Source: Thermoanaerobaculia bacterium
Lineage (GTDB): Bacteria; Acidobacteriota; Thermoanaerobaculia; UBA5066
Assembly: GCA_963719225.1 (NCBI GenBank)
Contig: CAVRAY010000001.1
Coordinates: 1,696,001-1,760,000 of the forward strand
DNA: 64,000 nt
Direction: 5' to 3'
Each line of letters starts with the position of its first letter. Position 1 is the first letter of the stretch. A model generated the notes under the pieces. The model saw only the letters and a program-made list of their open reading frames with translations, had not been told where the DNA came from and did no database searches. Position numbers and translations under genes: made by a program. Positions 28,517-37,867 of this stretch are shown piece by piece.

Positions 28517-29547
28517 ATGAGTAAGAACCGCCTTTCCGTCCTGGCCGTGGCCCTCCTCGCCGCCCCGCATCCGCTGGGTGCTGAGAACCTGCTCCGAAAC
28601 GGGACCTTCGACCGAAGCGTGGGCGAGTGGCCGGCCGAGGGCTCCGCGGCGCAGGTCGCCTGGAGCGCGCTGGATGCGGGCGGGTCGCCTTCCTCCGGGT
28701 CCGCTCTCGTGTCGAACGTCTGGAACGGCCCTCTGAAGGGCATGGGATCTTCCAATGCATCGCGACCCCCGCGGTCGTCGCCGGGGCTACCTACACGTAC
28801 GGGGGCCGGGTGCGGATTCCGTCCGGGCAGGCGCGCACCGGGCCCTCGATGCTCAAGCTTCATGGGGCGGGGGGGACCTTCTTCCACTCGGACCTCTTGG
28901 TGATGAACCTCTCTTTCTCCGAGACCGCCGGCGTGACCGCCCAATATCAGTGCTTCACTGGGCAGACCTGCAATACGGCTCCCTGTACGCTCACACTCGG
29001 CCCCCGCGCATCGGCGCTCTACTCCGACGCCGTGGGTACGCTCTTCGCTTCTCCCGACACGGCGGGCGCCATCGAGCTGGCGTTCGATCCCTCCGTCGGC
29101 GACATCGCGGCGACGAGCCGTGTCTATACACCCAGCCTCCCGGCACCGACGTACGGGGCCTCGGTCCCCGGGCAGCTCTCGAATCGCGCTCTCACGCACG
29201 CGCTGTTCCTCGGGCTGGGTTCCAGCGAGGGCGACGCCTCGAGGGGATTCCGGACCAATGCGGGCGCGTACAACCCGAACTCCGCGGCGGTCTCGGTCAC
29301 TTTCGAGCTTCATCGAGCGGACGGATACCCGCTCGGCGCCCCTCTCACGCGGACCTGGGAGGCCTTCGAGGCGTTCCAGATCAGCGGCCTGTTCGGGGCC
29401 GTGGGTGCGGGTGGCGCCGTGACGACCAACGCCTGGCTCGCCGTGACGGCTTCGGCCCCGGTCTTCCCGTTCGTCACGGTCATCGACAACCAGTCGGGGG
29501 ACTCGACGTGGGTCGTTCCATGGGAAGACGCGGCGTCAGCGCCGTAG
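28517..29547 (+). pseudogene. Secreted protein (CBM-like N-terminus + shared C-terminal domain), frameshifted near 28745
   Basis: Signal peptide and 'NLLRNGTFD' in one frame, continuing as 'IFQCIATP...VIDNQSGDST' in another. One base appears missing in the G run at 28744-28746. Confidence 0.65.
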
Positions 29548-31326
29548 CAGGGCGGCTGCAAGCTCCTCGCGCATCCGGTACCAGTCGTTCGGATCGGACG
29601 ACCACGGTGGCTCTCCAGGAATCTTCGCTTCGGTGAGGGCCACGGGCACGACGCGCCTCACGATCGCGTCGGCGGCGTCGCGCCTTCCCGCTTGTGCGAG
29701 CAGCCACGCGTACTCGAAGTCCTGGAGACCTCTGCGATAGGCCTTCATCCTGAGGCTCGGGAGGGGGCCGTCGATCGGAGGCAGCCCGACGTCAGGTAGG
29801 CGCGAGCCCGGGTAGAGAAGGACGCCGTTGCCCCAGCGCGTCTCGCCCCTTTTGTAGTTCGGGACCTCGAGAGGCTTCTCGGGGTCGCCGAAGTCCACAG
29901 CCCAAAAGAAGGTGCCCTGAAGGCCGTACCTCCAGCAGATCGCCCCCCACGTCCTGAGCTCCACGCCCGTCGCGTTCACCCCGTGAACGCCGACCGCGGG
30001 GTGGCCGTGGTGGTAGAACCAGACGCGTTCGCCCAGGGCGATCCGCGGCCTCAGGAACTCCGGGTCGCAGGCGCCCCCGTTCGGGACCCACCATCGCGTC
30101 AATCCCCTTCGGTCGCGCGCGGCGTCCCCTGCGAGCGTCGCGGGGTTCGTGTGCGACGTCCAGAGGAGCGGCAGACCTTCGGGTGCGGCGCCCTCGTCGA
30201 GCGCGGCCTGCAGCCGCCGCTCGTTCTCGCGGGTCCGCGCGTCCGTCGGGGCCTCGTCGACGATGTACGCGAAGAACCGAGTCCGCGTCCAGCCCCGTTC
30301 GGCAACGTGCTTCCGAAACTCCCCGGCGGTGCGCGCGTACGCCGCGAGGTCCGCTGCGGCGAAATCCGGCGCGTGCCCGTCGTACGCCTGTTTGAACGGC
30401 GCCCGAAAGACCGCGACGCCGGTCCCGGATCCTGGTCCTGTGTAGCCGCGGGCCTTCGTGAAGAGGCTCCCGTCGAAAAGCGATCCGTAGAACGCGTCGT
30501 AGTCGGCGCCCTCTTCGAAAGCGGGCCCCTCGCCCTCGCGCTCCGCCACGACGATCCGGTGGCGGTGCGCGAGTTGGTGATAGCGCGCGGCCAGTCTCCT
30601 CCACGCCTCCGGATCCTTCGCATAAGAAGCTCCATGCGCGCGGTAGGCATGCCCGTAGATCTCGCCGTAGGCGTCGACGTGCGTTTCGTCCGGAAGCACG
30701 AAGGGGTGGACCGTCAGCTCGAGACGCGCCTCGGCGGCGACGGAGCCCGCCGGCCGGACGCGAATCCTCCCCGCGTAGAGTCCGGGGCAGGCGTCTCGCG
30801 GGATCGTGAGATCGAGGAAGACGCCCTGGGTCGAAGACGCGGCGACGTCGAACGGGGTACCGACCTTCCGCCCGGCCGTGAACGGGTCGACGAACGGAAC
30901 GAGCACGTCCGGGTACCAGCGCCGCGACGGGAGGACCCGGCTTTTCGGGCCCCAGCTCCAATCCCCGTTCTCGACGAACTGGTAAACCTCCCGGAAGAGC
31001 TCGATGCTCTCGGACGAGCGGATCAGGCCGGGTCCTGTGAGGTCGCTCACCTCGACGTCGACCTTCTTCAAGTTTCCCCGGGTCGCGGTGAGCATCAGCT
31101 GCGCGCCGACGACTTCGTTGCGCGCACCGTGAAGCCGAAGGATCTTCGCTTGGCGATCCCAGAAGTGAGGCGATGGGGGGATGGCGCCGTCCCGTGTCAC
31201 CCTTTCGCAGTCCCCGAGGCCCGCGAGCACGAGCCCCGCTTCCCGCGGCCGCCACGCGCCCGCGACGGCTCCGGTGAGAAGCAAAGCGGCGAGAGCGGCG
31301 AGCGAGAGCCGGAAAGGGCTCTTCAT
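29536..31326 (-). CDS. Secreted DUF4091 / GH123-like putative glycoside hydrolase
   Basis: Signal peptide, 'LHGARNE', 'PDVLVP', 'YIVDEA' and C-terminal 'GNGVLLYPG...PSLRMKAYRRGLQDFEY'. Confidence 0.75.
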   Translation of the reverse strand: MKSPFRLSLAALAALLLTGAVAGAWRPREAGLVLAGLGDCERVTRDGAIPPSPHFWDRQAKILRLHGARNEVVGAQLMLTATRGNLKKVDVEVSDLTGPGLIRSSESIELFREVYQFVENGDWSWGPKSRVLPSRRWYPDVLVPFVDPFTAGRKVGTPFDVAASSTQGVFLDLTIPRDACPGLYAGRIRVRPAGSVAAEARLELTVHPFVLPDETHVDAYGEIYGHAYRAHGASYAKDPEAWRRLAARYHQLAHRHRIVVAEREGEGPAFEEGADYDAFYGSLFDGSLFTKARGYTGPGSGTGVAVFRAPFKQAYDGHAPDFAAADLAAYARTAGEFRKHVAERGWTRTRFFAYIVDEAPTDARTRENERRLQAALDEGAAPEGLPLLWTSHTNPATLAGDAARDRRGLTRWWVPNGGACDPEFLRPRIALGERVWFYHHGHPAVGVHGVNATGVELRTWGAICWRYGLQGTFFWAVDFGDPEKPLEVPNYKRGETRWGNGVLLYPGSRLPDVGLPPIDGPLPSLRMKAYRRGLQDFEYAWLLAQAGRRDAADAIVRRVVPVALTEAKIPGEPPWSSDPNDWYRMREELAAALLRR

Positions 31327-31356
31327 CGAGCGGGGATTCTGCGCCTTCAGCGATTC

Positions 31357-31416
31357 GTCACGATTTCTTCACGCCGTCCGCCAGACTTTCGCGCGCGCTC
31401 GCCCCAGGTTTCCGGC
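31357..31416 (+). promoter_or_regulatory. Conserved promoter copy 3 (TCACG-N6-TCACG-N7-CCAGA-N15-GCCCCAGGTT-N6-ATG)
   Basis: Near-identical to 28457-28516. Confidence 0.72.
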
Positions 31417-34098
31417 ATGAGCCAACACCGTGCCGCCGTCCTCGCCGTCTTCTCGTTCTCCCTCGCCGTCCTTTCCGCGGGTCCTGCCGTGGCCCAGGCC
31501 CCCGTCCTCTATTTCTCCGACCTCACGAGCGGGCCCGCGACCGGGAACACCGACTCCTCGGGAGGCCGGGTCGCGGGCCGGGACGGCGCGATCGTGACCG
31601 TCTGGGGGAGGAACTTCGGGAGCTCGCTCCTGGGCGTGCGGATCTTCTGCGGCGGGGTGGAGGCGTCGTCCACCTACAGCCTCTCGGACGCGACGGCGCC
31701 CGCGAACCTCTCGACCTTTCACCGGATGCAGAGGCTCTCGTTCCAGGTCGGTTCTTCGGCGCGTGCGGGTCTCGGCGAGATCACCGTCGCCGTCGGCGGT
31801 CAGTCTTCGAATCCCCTTCCGTTCACCGTTCGCGGAGGAGCCATCCGGTTCGTGAAGACGACGGGGGACGACGCGGCGGGGAACGGGACCTGGACGAGCC
31901 CCTGGCGGACGATCCCGAAGGCCGTCGAGTCTCTAGCGCCCGGCGACATCGCCTACGTCGGCGACGGCGTCGACCAGGCAGTCGAATACGACTTCGGCGC
32001 GGCGGTGAATCTCGGGACGAACGGCGAGCCCGGCCGGCCGAAGGCCCTCGTCGTCTATCCCGGCGCACGCTCGCGCGTCGGCAGCGAGACGCTCGGCCGG
32101 GCGTTTCACTCGTACGACGCGATCCAGGACCGCGCCAGCTCCCACTGGGTCGTCGCCGGTTTCACGATCACGACGGGGGAAGTCGGCGTGTCGGGCCAGA
32201 CGGGGTTTCGCATCGTCGGGAACTTCGTGACGGCGCCCCGGGGAGACGGCCTCGACGGGGCGATCGGCGTACTCGGGGACGACGTCGCGGTTCTCGGCAA
32301 CGAGCTCTTCGACGTGGGAAGCCCGCAATGCGGCAAGCTCTACCACGCGATCTACGTGTCCGGCATCCGTCGGGACGCGGCGCCGCGTGCAGCGACGGAG
32401 CAGAGTCGCGAGATCGGCTGGAATTACATCCACGACGGCCACTCGAACCGCGCGATCAACCTCTACAGCGAGCAGCCGAACTCGGCGTTTCTCGCCGGCC
32501 ACCGGATCCACGACAACGTCATCCTGAACCAGCACGGCGACGGGATTCTCGTCGGCTACTACGTGACGGGCGAGAACTGGATCACGAACAACCTGATCGT
32601 CTACGCGGGACTCGGGCCGGAGTGGCCCGACGACTCCTCGAGCCACACGGGACTGAGGGTCGATTCGGGCCACGAGGCGTCGCCGGGAACGGTCGTCCAC
32701 GTCCACCACAACACGATTTACGGCTGCGGCTGGTCCGGTGCCGTCTCTCCGGGCGAGAACGGACACCTCCTGATCAGCCCCGAGGCGCTCGCCCGTGGCG
32801 TTACGCTCGACTTCAGGAACAACATCGTCGTCTCGACCGGAGAGCCTCTCCTCGCTCCGGAGTCGGGCGCGGTCCCCGCGGGCGACTATCGCAACTGCTG
32901 GTCAGGCGGCGGGGGGGCTCCGGCGTGGGACCGGCTCGCCCTGTCGGCGGTGCCCGGATTCGTGGACTCCTCGGCGTTGAACTTCGAGCTCCTTTCTTCC
33001 AGCGCGTGCGTCGACGCGGCGGTCGCGGTCGCGGCGCCCGTCGCGAGGGACCTTCTCGGAGTCCCGCGCCCGCAGGGACAGGCCTCGGATCTCGGCGCTT
33101 ACGAGCTCGTCGCGGGAGGCGGAGGCGGTCCCTGCACTCTGAGCTGCTCGGCCACGGCACCGGTCACCGGGATCGCCGGGGAGGTGCTCGCCTTCGTAGC
33201 GAGCGCGTCTCCGTCGAATTGCGGCGGCGGCGCGCCTGCCGCCGCCTGGACCTTCGGAGACGGCGGAACCGCGGCGGGCTTCACCGCGGCCCACGCGTAC
33301 GCCGCGCCGGGAACCTATTCGTGGACCATGACGGCGAGCGTCGCGGGCGTCACCTGCGCGCGAAGCGGAGGGCTGACGATCACCGCCGCGCCGGCGGCCG
33401 GAGCCTTCGTCTACACGATTCCGGCCGTGACGCATTCTCCCGGCTCGGCCGGGGCCGTCTTCCGGACGGACGTCGCCGCCGTGAGTCTTTCCGACGCCGC
33501 GGCGAGCCTCACGCTCACGTTCTCCCAGACCGGCGGAGGATCGCTCGACCGGTCCGCCACGATCCCGCCGCGAGGCGCACGCGAGTTCGCGGACGTTCTC
33601 GTCTCCCTGTTCGGCAACGCGCCGGACGCCGCGGTCTTCGGCGCCCTCCAGATCGCCTCCACCGTGCCGCTCGTCGTTTCTTCGCGGACATACAACCAGA
33701 CGGCCAACGGAACGCTCGGCGGCTTCCTGCCCGGTGTCGCCGGCGCGCAGGGCCTCGTGCCCGGGAGGATCGGGATCCTGCCGCAGCTGAAAAAGAGCGC
33801 GGCGTTCCGGACGAACGTTGCCGTCGTAAACCTCGGTGCGTCTCCCGTGACGGGAAGGACCCAGCTCCGCGACGGCTCGGGCGCCCCCCTGGGTGCGGCC
33901 CGGACCTGGCAGGCGGCGCCCTTCAGGCTGGTCCAGGAGAACGACATCTTCTCGGCTGCGGGCGTCAGCGAAGCGGCCGTCGCCTACGCCACGGTCGAGG
34001 TTCTCACGGCCGGCGGACGCGTTTTCGCCTTCGCCTCCGTCATCGACAACGCGACGAACGATCCGACTCTCGTCTCGCTCGTCGTGCCGGAGAACTGA
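31417..34098 (+). CDS. Large secreted protein: IPT/TIG-like + parallel beta-helix + choice-of-anchor-Q-like + PKD + shared C-terminal domain
   Basis: Real start ATG 31417 (MSQHRAAVLAV signal peptide). 'IVTVWGRNFG', 'GDDAAGNGTWTSPWRTI', 'D..G.PRPQG...DLGAYE', 'WTFGDG' and 'VIDNATNDPT' motifs. Confidence 0.8.
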   Translation: MSQHRAAVLAVFSFSLAVLSAGPAVAQAPVLYFSDLTSGPATGNTDSSGGRVAGRDGAIVTVWGRNFGSSLLGVRIFCGGVEASSTYSLSDATAPANLSTFHRMQRLSFQVGSSARAGLGEITVAVGGQSSNPLPFTVRGGAIRFVKTTGDDAAGNGTWTSPWRTIPKAVESLAPGDIAYVGDGVDQAVEYDFGAAVNLGTNGEPGRPKALVVYPGARSRVGSETLGRAFHSYDAIQDRASSHWVVAGFTITTGEVGVSGQTGFRIVGNFVTAPRGDGLDGAIGVLGDDVAVLGNELFDVGSPQCGKLYHAIYVSGIRRDAAPRAATEQSREIGWNYIHDGHSNRAINLYSEQPNSAFLAGHRIHDNVILNQHGDGILVGYYVTGENWITNNLIVYAGLGPEWPDDSSSHTGLRVDSGHEASPGTVVHVHHNTIYGCGWSGAVSPGENGHLLISPEALARGVTLDFRNNIVVSTGEPLLAPESGAVPAGDYRNCWSGGGGAPAWDRLALSAVPGFVDSSALNFELLSSSACVDAAVAVAAPVARDLLGVPRPQGQASDLGAYELVAGGGGGPCTLSCSATAPVTGIAGEVLAFVASASPSNCGGGAPAAAWTFGDGGTAAGFTAAHAYAAPGTYSWTMTASVAGVTCARSGGLTITAAPAAGAFVYTIPAVTHSPGSAGAVFRTDVAAVSLSDAAASLTLTFSQTGGGSLDRSATIPPRGAREFADVLVSLFGNAPDAAVFGALQIASTVPLVVSSRTYNQTANGTLGGFLPGVAGAQGLVPGRIGILPQLKKSAAFRTNVAVVNLGASPVTGRTQLRDGSGAPLGAARTWQAAPFRLVQENDIFSAAGVSEAAVAYATVEVLTAGGRVFAFASVIDNATNDPTLVSLVVPEN

Positions 34099-35405
34099 TG
34101 TCTCTCTTTGCTGACCACTGGCGACAAAAAGGGGAATTCGTCTTTAGACGTCTGCAGGACGCTTCGGAGAACCTGCATCCGATGAGAGTTGGTGAGCATA
34201 ACCGCGACGCGGTCATCTTGCTGCAGCAGGCGTTGATCATGACGGGATATCCCATTCCTGCGGGTGCGACGGGGAACTACGGGGAACAGACGGCCGCGGC
34301 GGTGCGGGCGGTTCAAGCCGATCCACGACTCAACCTCGGGCGCGACATAGGAATTGCCGGCAAGGAGGTCCTGGAAGCCCTGGATGGCAGGTTACAGGCG
34401 CGTGTGCATGGCGCATCCGTGCAGACGATCAGCGTTCCATTTGAATTTGTGATCGATGGCCGTACATACCGCTCCGAGGGGAACGACATCGCTGGTCAGC
34501 TCGACCGGGTGATTAATGCTGTGTATAACCGACTGCAAGCAGCGTTGGACGCTCGCCAGGGATTCGTCGCTAGGCAAAACGGTTTCGTTAGAATGATCTC
34601 CGACGCCCTGGGGACAGCGGATGGGATCCCGCCACCAGAGTTTCTCTTCGAGGGGATACAAGCGTGCAGCGCCGCCTGGCGAGCATTGGCTCAACAGGAT
34701 TTCCTAGCCGCTAAGGAAAAGATCGACGAGGCCCTGATCTACTACAACGCGGCACACAGGCAGTGGCGACGGTACATCAGGGGCACGTGGTCGGGAGCCG
34801 ATACGGCGCGTGACGCGCTGGAAGTGTTCAGCGCGGTGGCGCTTACTCTATCCACAACCTATCTGGGCGCCGGCGCTACCGTTCCCGGGGCTGTGATAGT
34901 CAGTGCGGCCAGAGGAGCCGCGATAACTGGTGGAATCACTGCCATTCGAGAAGTCGGGGTTCAGTCACACGAACGGATCATCGATTTGGATCCCGAGGTC
35001 AACTGGCGGGCGATGGCCTCCACCATTGTGGCCTCAGCCGGCGCGAGTTTTGCGTCGTCGGCGCTCGGAGGTTGGCTGCGTCCACACGTCCTTCGAATCT
35101 TTCCTGGGACGATGTCAGACCTTGCTAACTCAGAAGCCGAATGGGTTGCCTGGAATCAAACGTTTGCAAGATTCGGTATTTCGCCGATACCCGCGATTCC
35201 CAGCACGTGGTCCCGTATCGCGGCCCGAGTCCTGACATCCATTCCACAAAGCGTCCTGGCAACGACCGCCAAGGCTACGATCATCGAGTTCGGAACTGGT
35301 TTATCCCTCGACGAATTTTTAAAGAGATGGTGGAAAAACCTGCCGAGAGACATCGTGGTGCGAGCCATCGGGCAGGCCCTTGTCGGGATCGCTCCGCCTC
35401 CCTAG
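34098..35405 (+). CDS. Lower-GC protein with N-terminal peptidoglycan-binding domain and hydrophobic C-terminal helices
   Basis: ATG 34098 (TGATG overlap). 'VILLQQAL...GY...TGNYGEQTAAAVRAVQ...GIAGKEVLEALD' fits PG_binding_1. Codon usage is visibly less GC-biased than the flanks. Confidence 0.65.
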   Translation: MSLFADHWRQKGEFVFRRLQDASENLHPMRVGEHNRDAVILLQQALIMTGYPIPAGATGNYGEQTAAAVRAVQADPRLNLGRDIGIAGKEVLEALDGRLQARVHGASVQTISVPFEFVIDGRTYRSEGNDIAGQLDRVINAVYNRLQAALDARQGFVARQNGFVRMISDALGTADGIPPPEFLFEGIQACSAAWRALAQQDFLAAKEKIDEALIYYNAAHRQWRRYIRGTWSGADTARDALEVFSAVALTLSTTYLGAGATVPGAVIVSAARGAAITGGITAIREVGVQSHERIIDLDPEVNWRAMASTIVASAGASFASSALGGWLRPHVLRIFPGTMSDLANSEAEWVAWNQTFARFGISPIPAIPSTWSRIAARVLTSIPQSVLATTAKATIIEFGTGLSLDEFLKRWWKNLPRDIVVRAIGQALVGIAPPP

Positions 35406-35574
35406 ATCACATGGCGAGTTAGAGCGCGTCTACGACGGACTCGCCACGAACCCCCTTCACTCGTCGTGCCGAATAGCCGAGAAAACCCGCCTGCCGAGGC
35501 TTGCCCGCCAAGCGGCGGCGCGGGGTCCACGTTCGGGGTATTCTTTCGGGCTCATTCCCGGCAATGGAGGATTC

Positions 35575-36822
35575 GTGGAGCGATTCACTGGTCTCATCGG
35601 CCTGACGATCGTGCTCGCGGTGGCGCTCGCGCTCTCGAAGAACAGGAAGGCGATCCGCTGGAGGACCGTCGGCTGGGCATTCGCGCTCCAGATGGCGTTC
35701 GGCCTCCTGGTTCTCTACTGGGAGCGCGGCAAGCAGGCGCTGGAGTCGTTCTCGAACGGAGTCTCTCGCGCCATCGCGTTCGCCGACCAGGGCTCGGGTT
35801 TCCTCTTCGGATGGCTCGCGGGGCCGATGGACACCCTCGGCGAGAAGACGGGCATGCCCTACCGGGGCTTCATCTTCGCCTTCAAGGTGCTCCCGATCAT
35901 CATCTTCATCTGCGCGTTCTTCTCCATCCTGTACCACTTTGGCATCATCCAGGTGATCGTCAGGGGCATGGCGTGGGGGATGCAGAAGACGATGAAGGTC
36001 TCCGGCGCGGAAGCTCTGTGCGTGGCGGCGAACGTCTTCATCGGCCAGACGGAAGCGCCCGTGCTCATCGCGCCCTACATCGCGACCATGACGACGTCCG
36101 AGCTCCTCACGATGATGACGGGCGGCATGGCGCACGTTTCGGGCGCGGTCATGCTCGCCTACGTGACGATGGGGGCGCCGTTGAAATATCTCATCACGGC
36201 GTCCGTGATGGCCGCCCCCGGCACCTTCCTCATCTCGAAGATCCTCTGGCCGGAGACCGAGACGCCGACCACGATGGGCACCGTGAAGATGCAGGTCGAG
36301 AAGACGAGCGCGAACTTCATCGACGCGGCGGCCAGCGGTGCCTCGCAAGGCATGATGCTCGTCCTCAACATCTCGGCGATGCTCATCGCGTTCGTGGCGC
36401 TCATCGCGATGCTGAACGGATTCCTTGGGTGGGTCGGGGGGTTCTGGGGTAACCCGGCCTTCTCGCTCCAGACGATCTTCGGATGGGTCCTCGGGCCTCT
36501 CGCCTGGAGCCTCGGGGCGCCGAAAGAGGACATGGCGACGGTCGGGAACCTCATCGCGAACAAGACGGTCATCAACGAGTTCTTCGCGTTCTCGATGATG
36601 AAGGACGTCGTCGGGAGTCTTTCGGAGAAGGGGAAGGTCATCGCGACCTTCGCCCTGTGCGGCTTCGCGAACTTTTCGTCGATCGGCATCCAGATCGGCG
36701 GGATCGGCGGCCTCGCGCCGTCGCGCAAGTCCGATCTCGCGCGGCTCGGCTTCCGCGCGCTCCTCGCCGGGTCGCTCGTGAGCTTCATGACGGCCGCGAT
36801 CGCCGGCATCCTGATGGGATAG
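35575..36822 (+). CDS. nupC: Concentrative nucleoside transporter (NupC/CNT family)
   Basis: 'FAFKVLPIIIF', 'ANVFIGQTEAP' and 'FALCGFANFSSIGIQIGG' motifs. RBS GGAGG precedes GTG 35575. Confidence 0.93.
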   Translation: MERFTGLIGLTIVLAVALALSKNRKAIRWRTVGWAFALQMAFGLLVLYWERGKQALESFSNGVSRAIAFADQGSGFLFGWLAGPMDTLGEKTGMPYRGFIFAFKVLPIIIFICAFFSILYHFGIIQVIVRGMAWGMQKTMKVSGAEALCVAANVFIGQTEAPVLIAPYIATMTTSELLTMMTGGMAHVSGAVMLAYVTMGAPLKYLITASVMAAPGTFLISKILWPETETPTTMGTVKMQVEKTSANFIDAAASGASQGMMLVLNISAMLIAFVALIAMLNGFLGWVGGFWGNPAFSLQTIFGWVLGPLAWSLGAPKEDMATVGNLIANKTVINEFFAFSMMKDVVGSLSEKGKVIATFALCGFANFSSIGIQIGGIGGLAPSRKSDLARLGFRALLAGSLVSFMTAAIAGILMG

Positions 36823-36872
36823 GAGGTCGTCCAAGTAAAACGATGCGTCCTTCGGGTCTGAGGAAGGGGTTT

Positions 36873-36957
36873 GGGGGAACCAGATCGGGGTTCCCCCAGG
36901 ACATGAAAGTTGCTGGCGCGCCCTTCTTGGCGCGTGCGAAGCACGCGGCGCGCCAGC
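36873..36957 (+). other. Two intergenic stem-loops inside the nucleoside operon
   Basis: GGGGGAAC...GTTCCCCC (36873-36897). Then GCTGGCGCGCC...GGCGCGCCAGC (36912-36957) enclosing CGCGTGC-GAA-GCACGCG, ending just before the AGGAGG RBS. Confidence 0.55.
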
Positions 36958-36967
36958 TAGGAGGCAC

Positions 36968-37867
36968 GTGATGGATTCCAGGCTCTCGGCCGCGGCGGAG
37001 TGGCTGCGCGGACGGCTGCCCGACCCGCCGCTCGTGGGTGTCATCCTGGGCTCCGGCCTCGGCGATTTCGCCGACGGCGTGGACTCGCGGGTCACGATCC
37101 CGTACGGCGACGTTCCGGGATTCCCGGCTTCGGCCGTGATCGGGCACTCGGGGACGCTCGTGGCGGGCACCGTGCGCGGCGTTCCGACGGTCGTTCTCTC
37201 GGGGCGCGTTCACTACTACGAAGGCCATCCCATGCCGGCCGTCGTCTTCCCGGCGCGCGTCCTCGGCCTCCTCGGTTGCCGGACCGTCATCGTGACGAAC
37301 GCCGCGGGTGGCATCGACAGGTCCTTCAAGTCCGGCAACCTCATGCTCATCGACGACCACATCAACGCGTTCGGGACGAACCCGCTCGTCGGCGCCAACG
37401 ACGAGGACCTCGGTCCCCGATTCCCCGACATGTCGGACGCCTACCGCAAAGACCTCCGCTCGCTCGCTCTCGCCGTCGCGAAGCGCCAGCGGATCGCGTT
37501 GAAGCACGGCGTCTACGTGGGCGTCCACGGCCCGTCCTACGAGACGCCGGCCGAGATCCGGGCCTTCCGCGCCCTGGGCGCGCACGCCGTTGGCATGTCC
37601 ACGGTGCCCGAAGTCATCGCGCTCAACCAGATGGGCATCGGCGTCCTCGGCATCTCGTGCATCACGAACATGGCCGCCGGCGTCCTGAAGCAGAAGCTCG
37701 ACCACCGGGAGGTGCTCGAGACGACGCAGCGCGTGAAAGGCGACTTCGTCCGCTTTCTGACGTTCCTCGTCCAGGCGCTCGGCACCGGCCGGTCGGGAGC
37801 GACGGAAGACGCCCTTCTTCCGGTCGCCCGTCCGCCGGTCCGCGGCAGGAAGGCGAGGAAGACGTGA
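36968..37867 (+). CDS. punA: Purine-nucleoside phosphorylase (trimeric PNP)
   Basis: 'ILGSGLG', 'GRVHYYEG', 'GPSYETPAE' and 'VGMSTVPE' motifs. Confidence 0.93.
   Translation: MMDSRLSAAAEWLRGRLPDPPLVGVILGSGLGDFADGVDSRVTIPYGDVPGFPASAVIGHSGTLVAGTVRGVPTVVLSGRVHYYEGHPMPAVVFPARVLGLLGCRTVIVTNAAGGIDRSFKSGNLMLIDDHINAFGTNPLVGANDEDLGPRFPDMSDAYRKDLRSLALAVAKRQRIALKHGVYVGVHGPSYETPAEIRAFRALGAHAVGMSTVPEVIALNQMGIGVLGISCITNMAAGVLKQKLDHREVLETTQRVKGDFVRFLTFLVQALGTGRSGATEDALLPVARPPVRGRKARKT

Noticed and set aside
29983-31416. N-terminal about 480 aa of the 1371-aa ORF, and similar extensions on ORFs starting at 14431, 22971, 32328, 37000, 54583 and 58991
   Set aside because: These extensions overlap real genes. 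True starts are marked by signal peptides, RBSs or stop/start overlaps further downstream.
34098-35405. Prophage or integrative element
   Set aside because: Only one compositionally atypical gene. No integrase, att repeats or phage structural genes.
36823-36967. Riboswitch or ncRNA in the nupC-punA spacer
   Set aside because: Hairpins are present, but no recognisable purine or other riboswitch consensus. Kept only as stem-loops.
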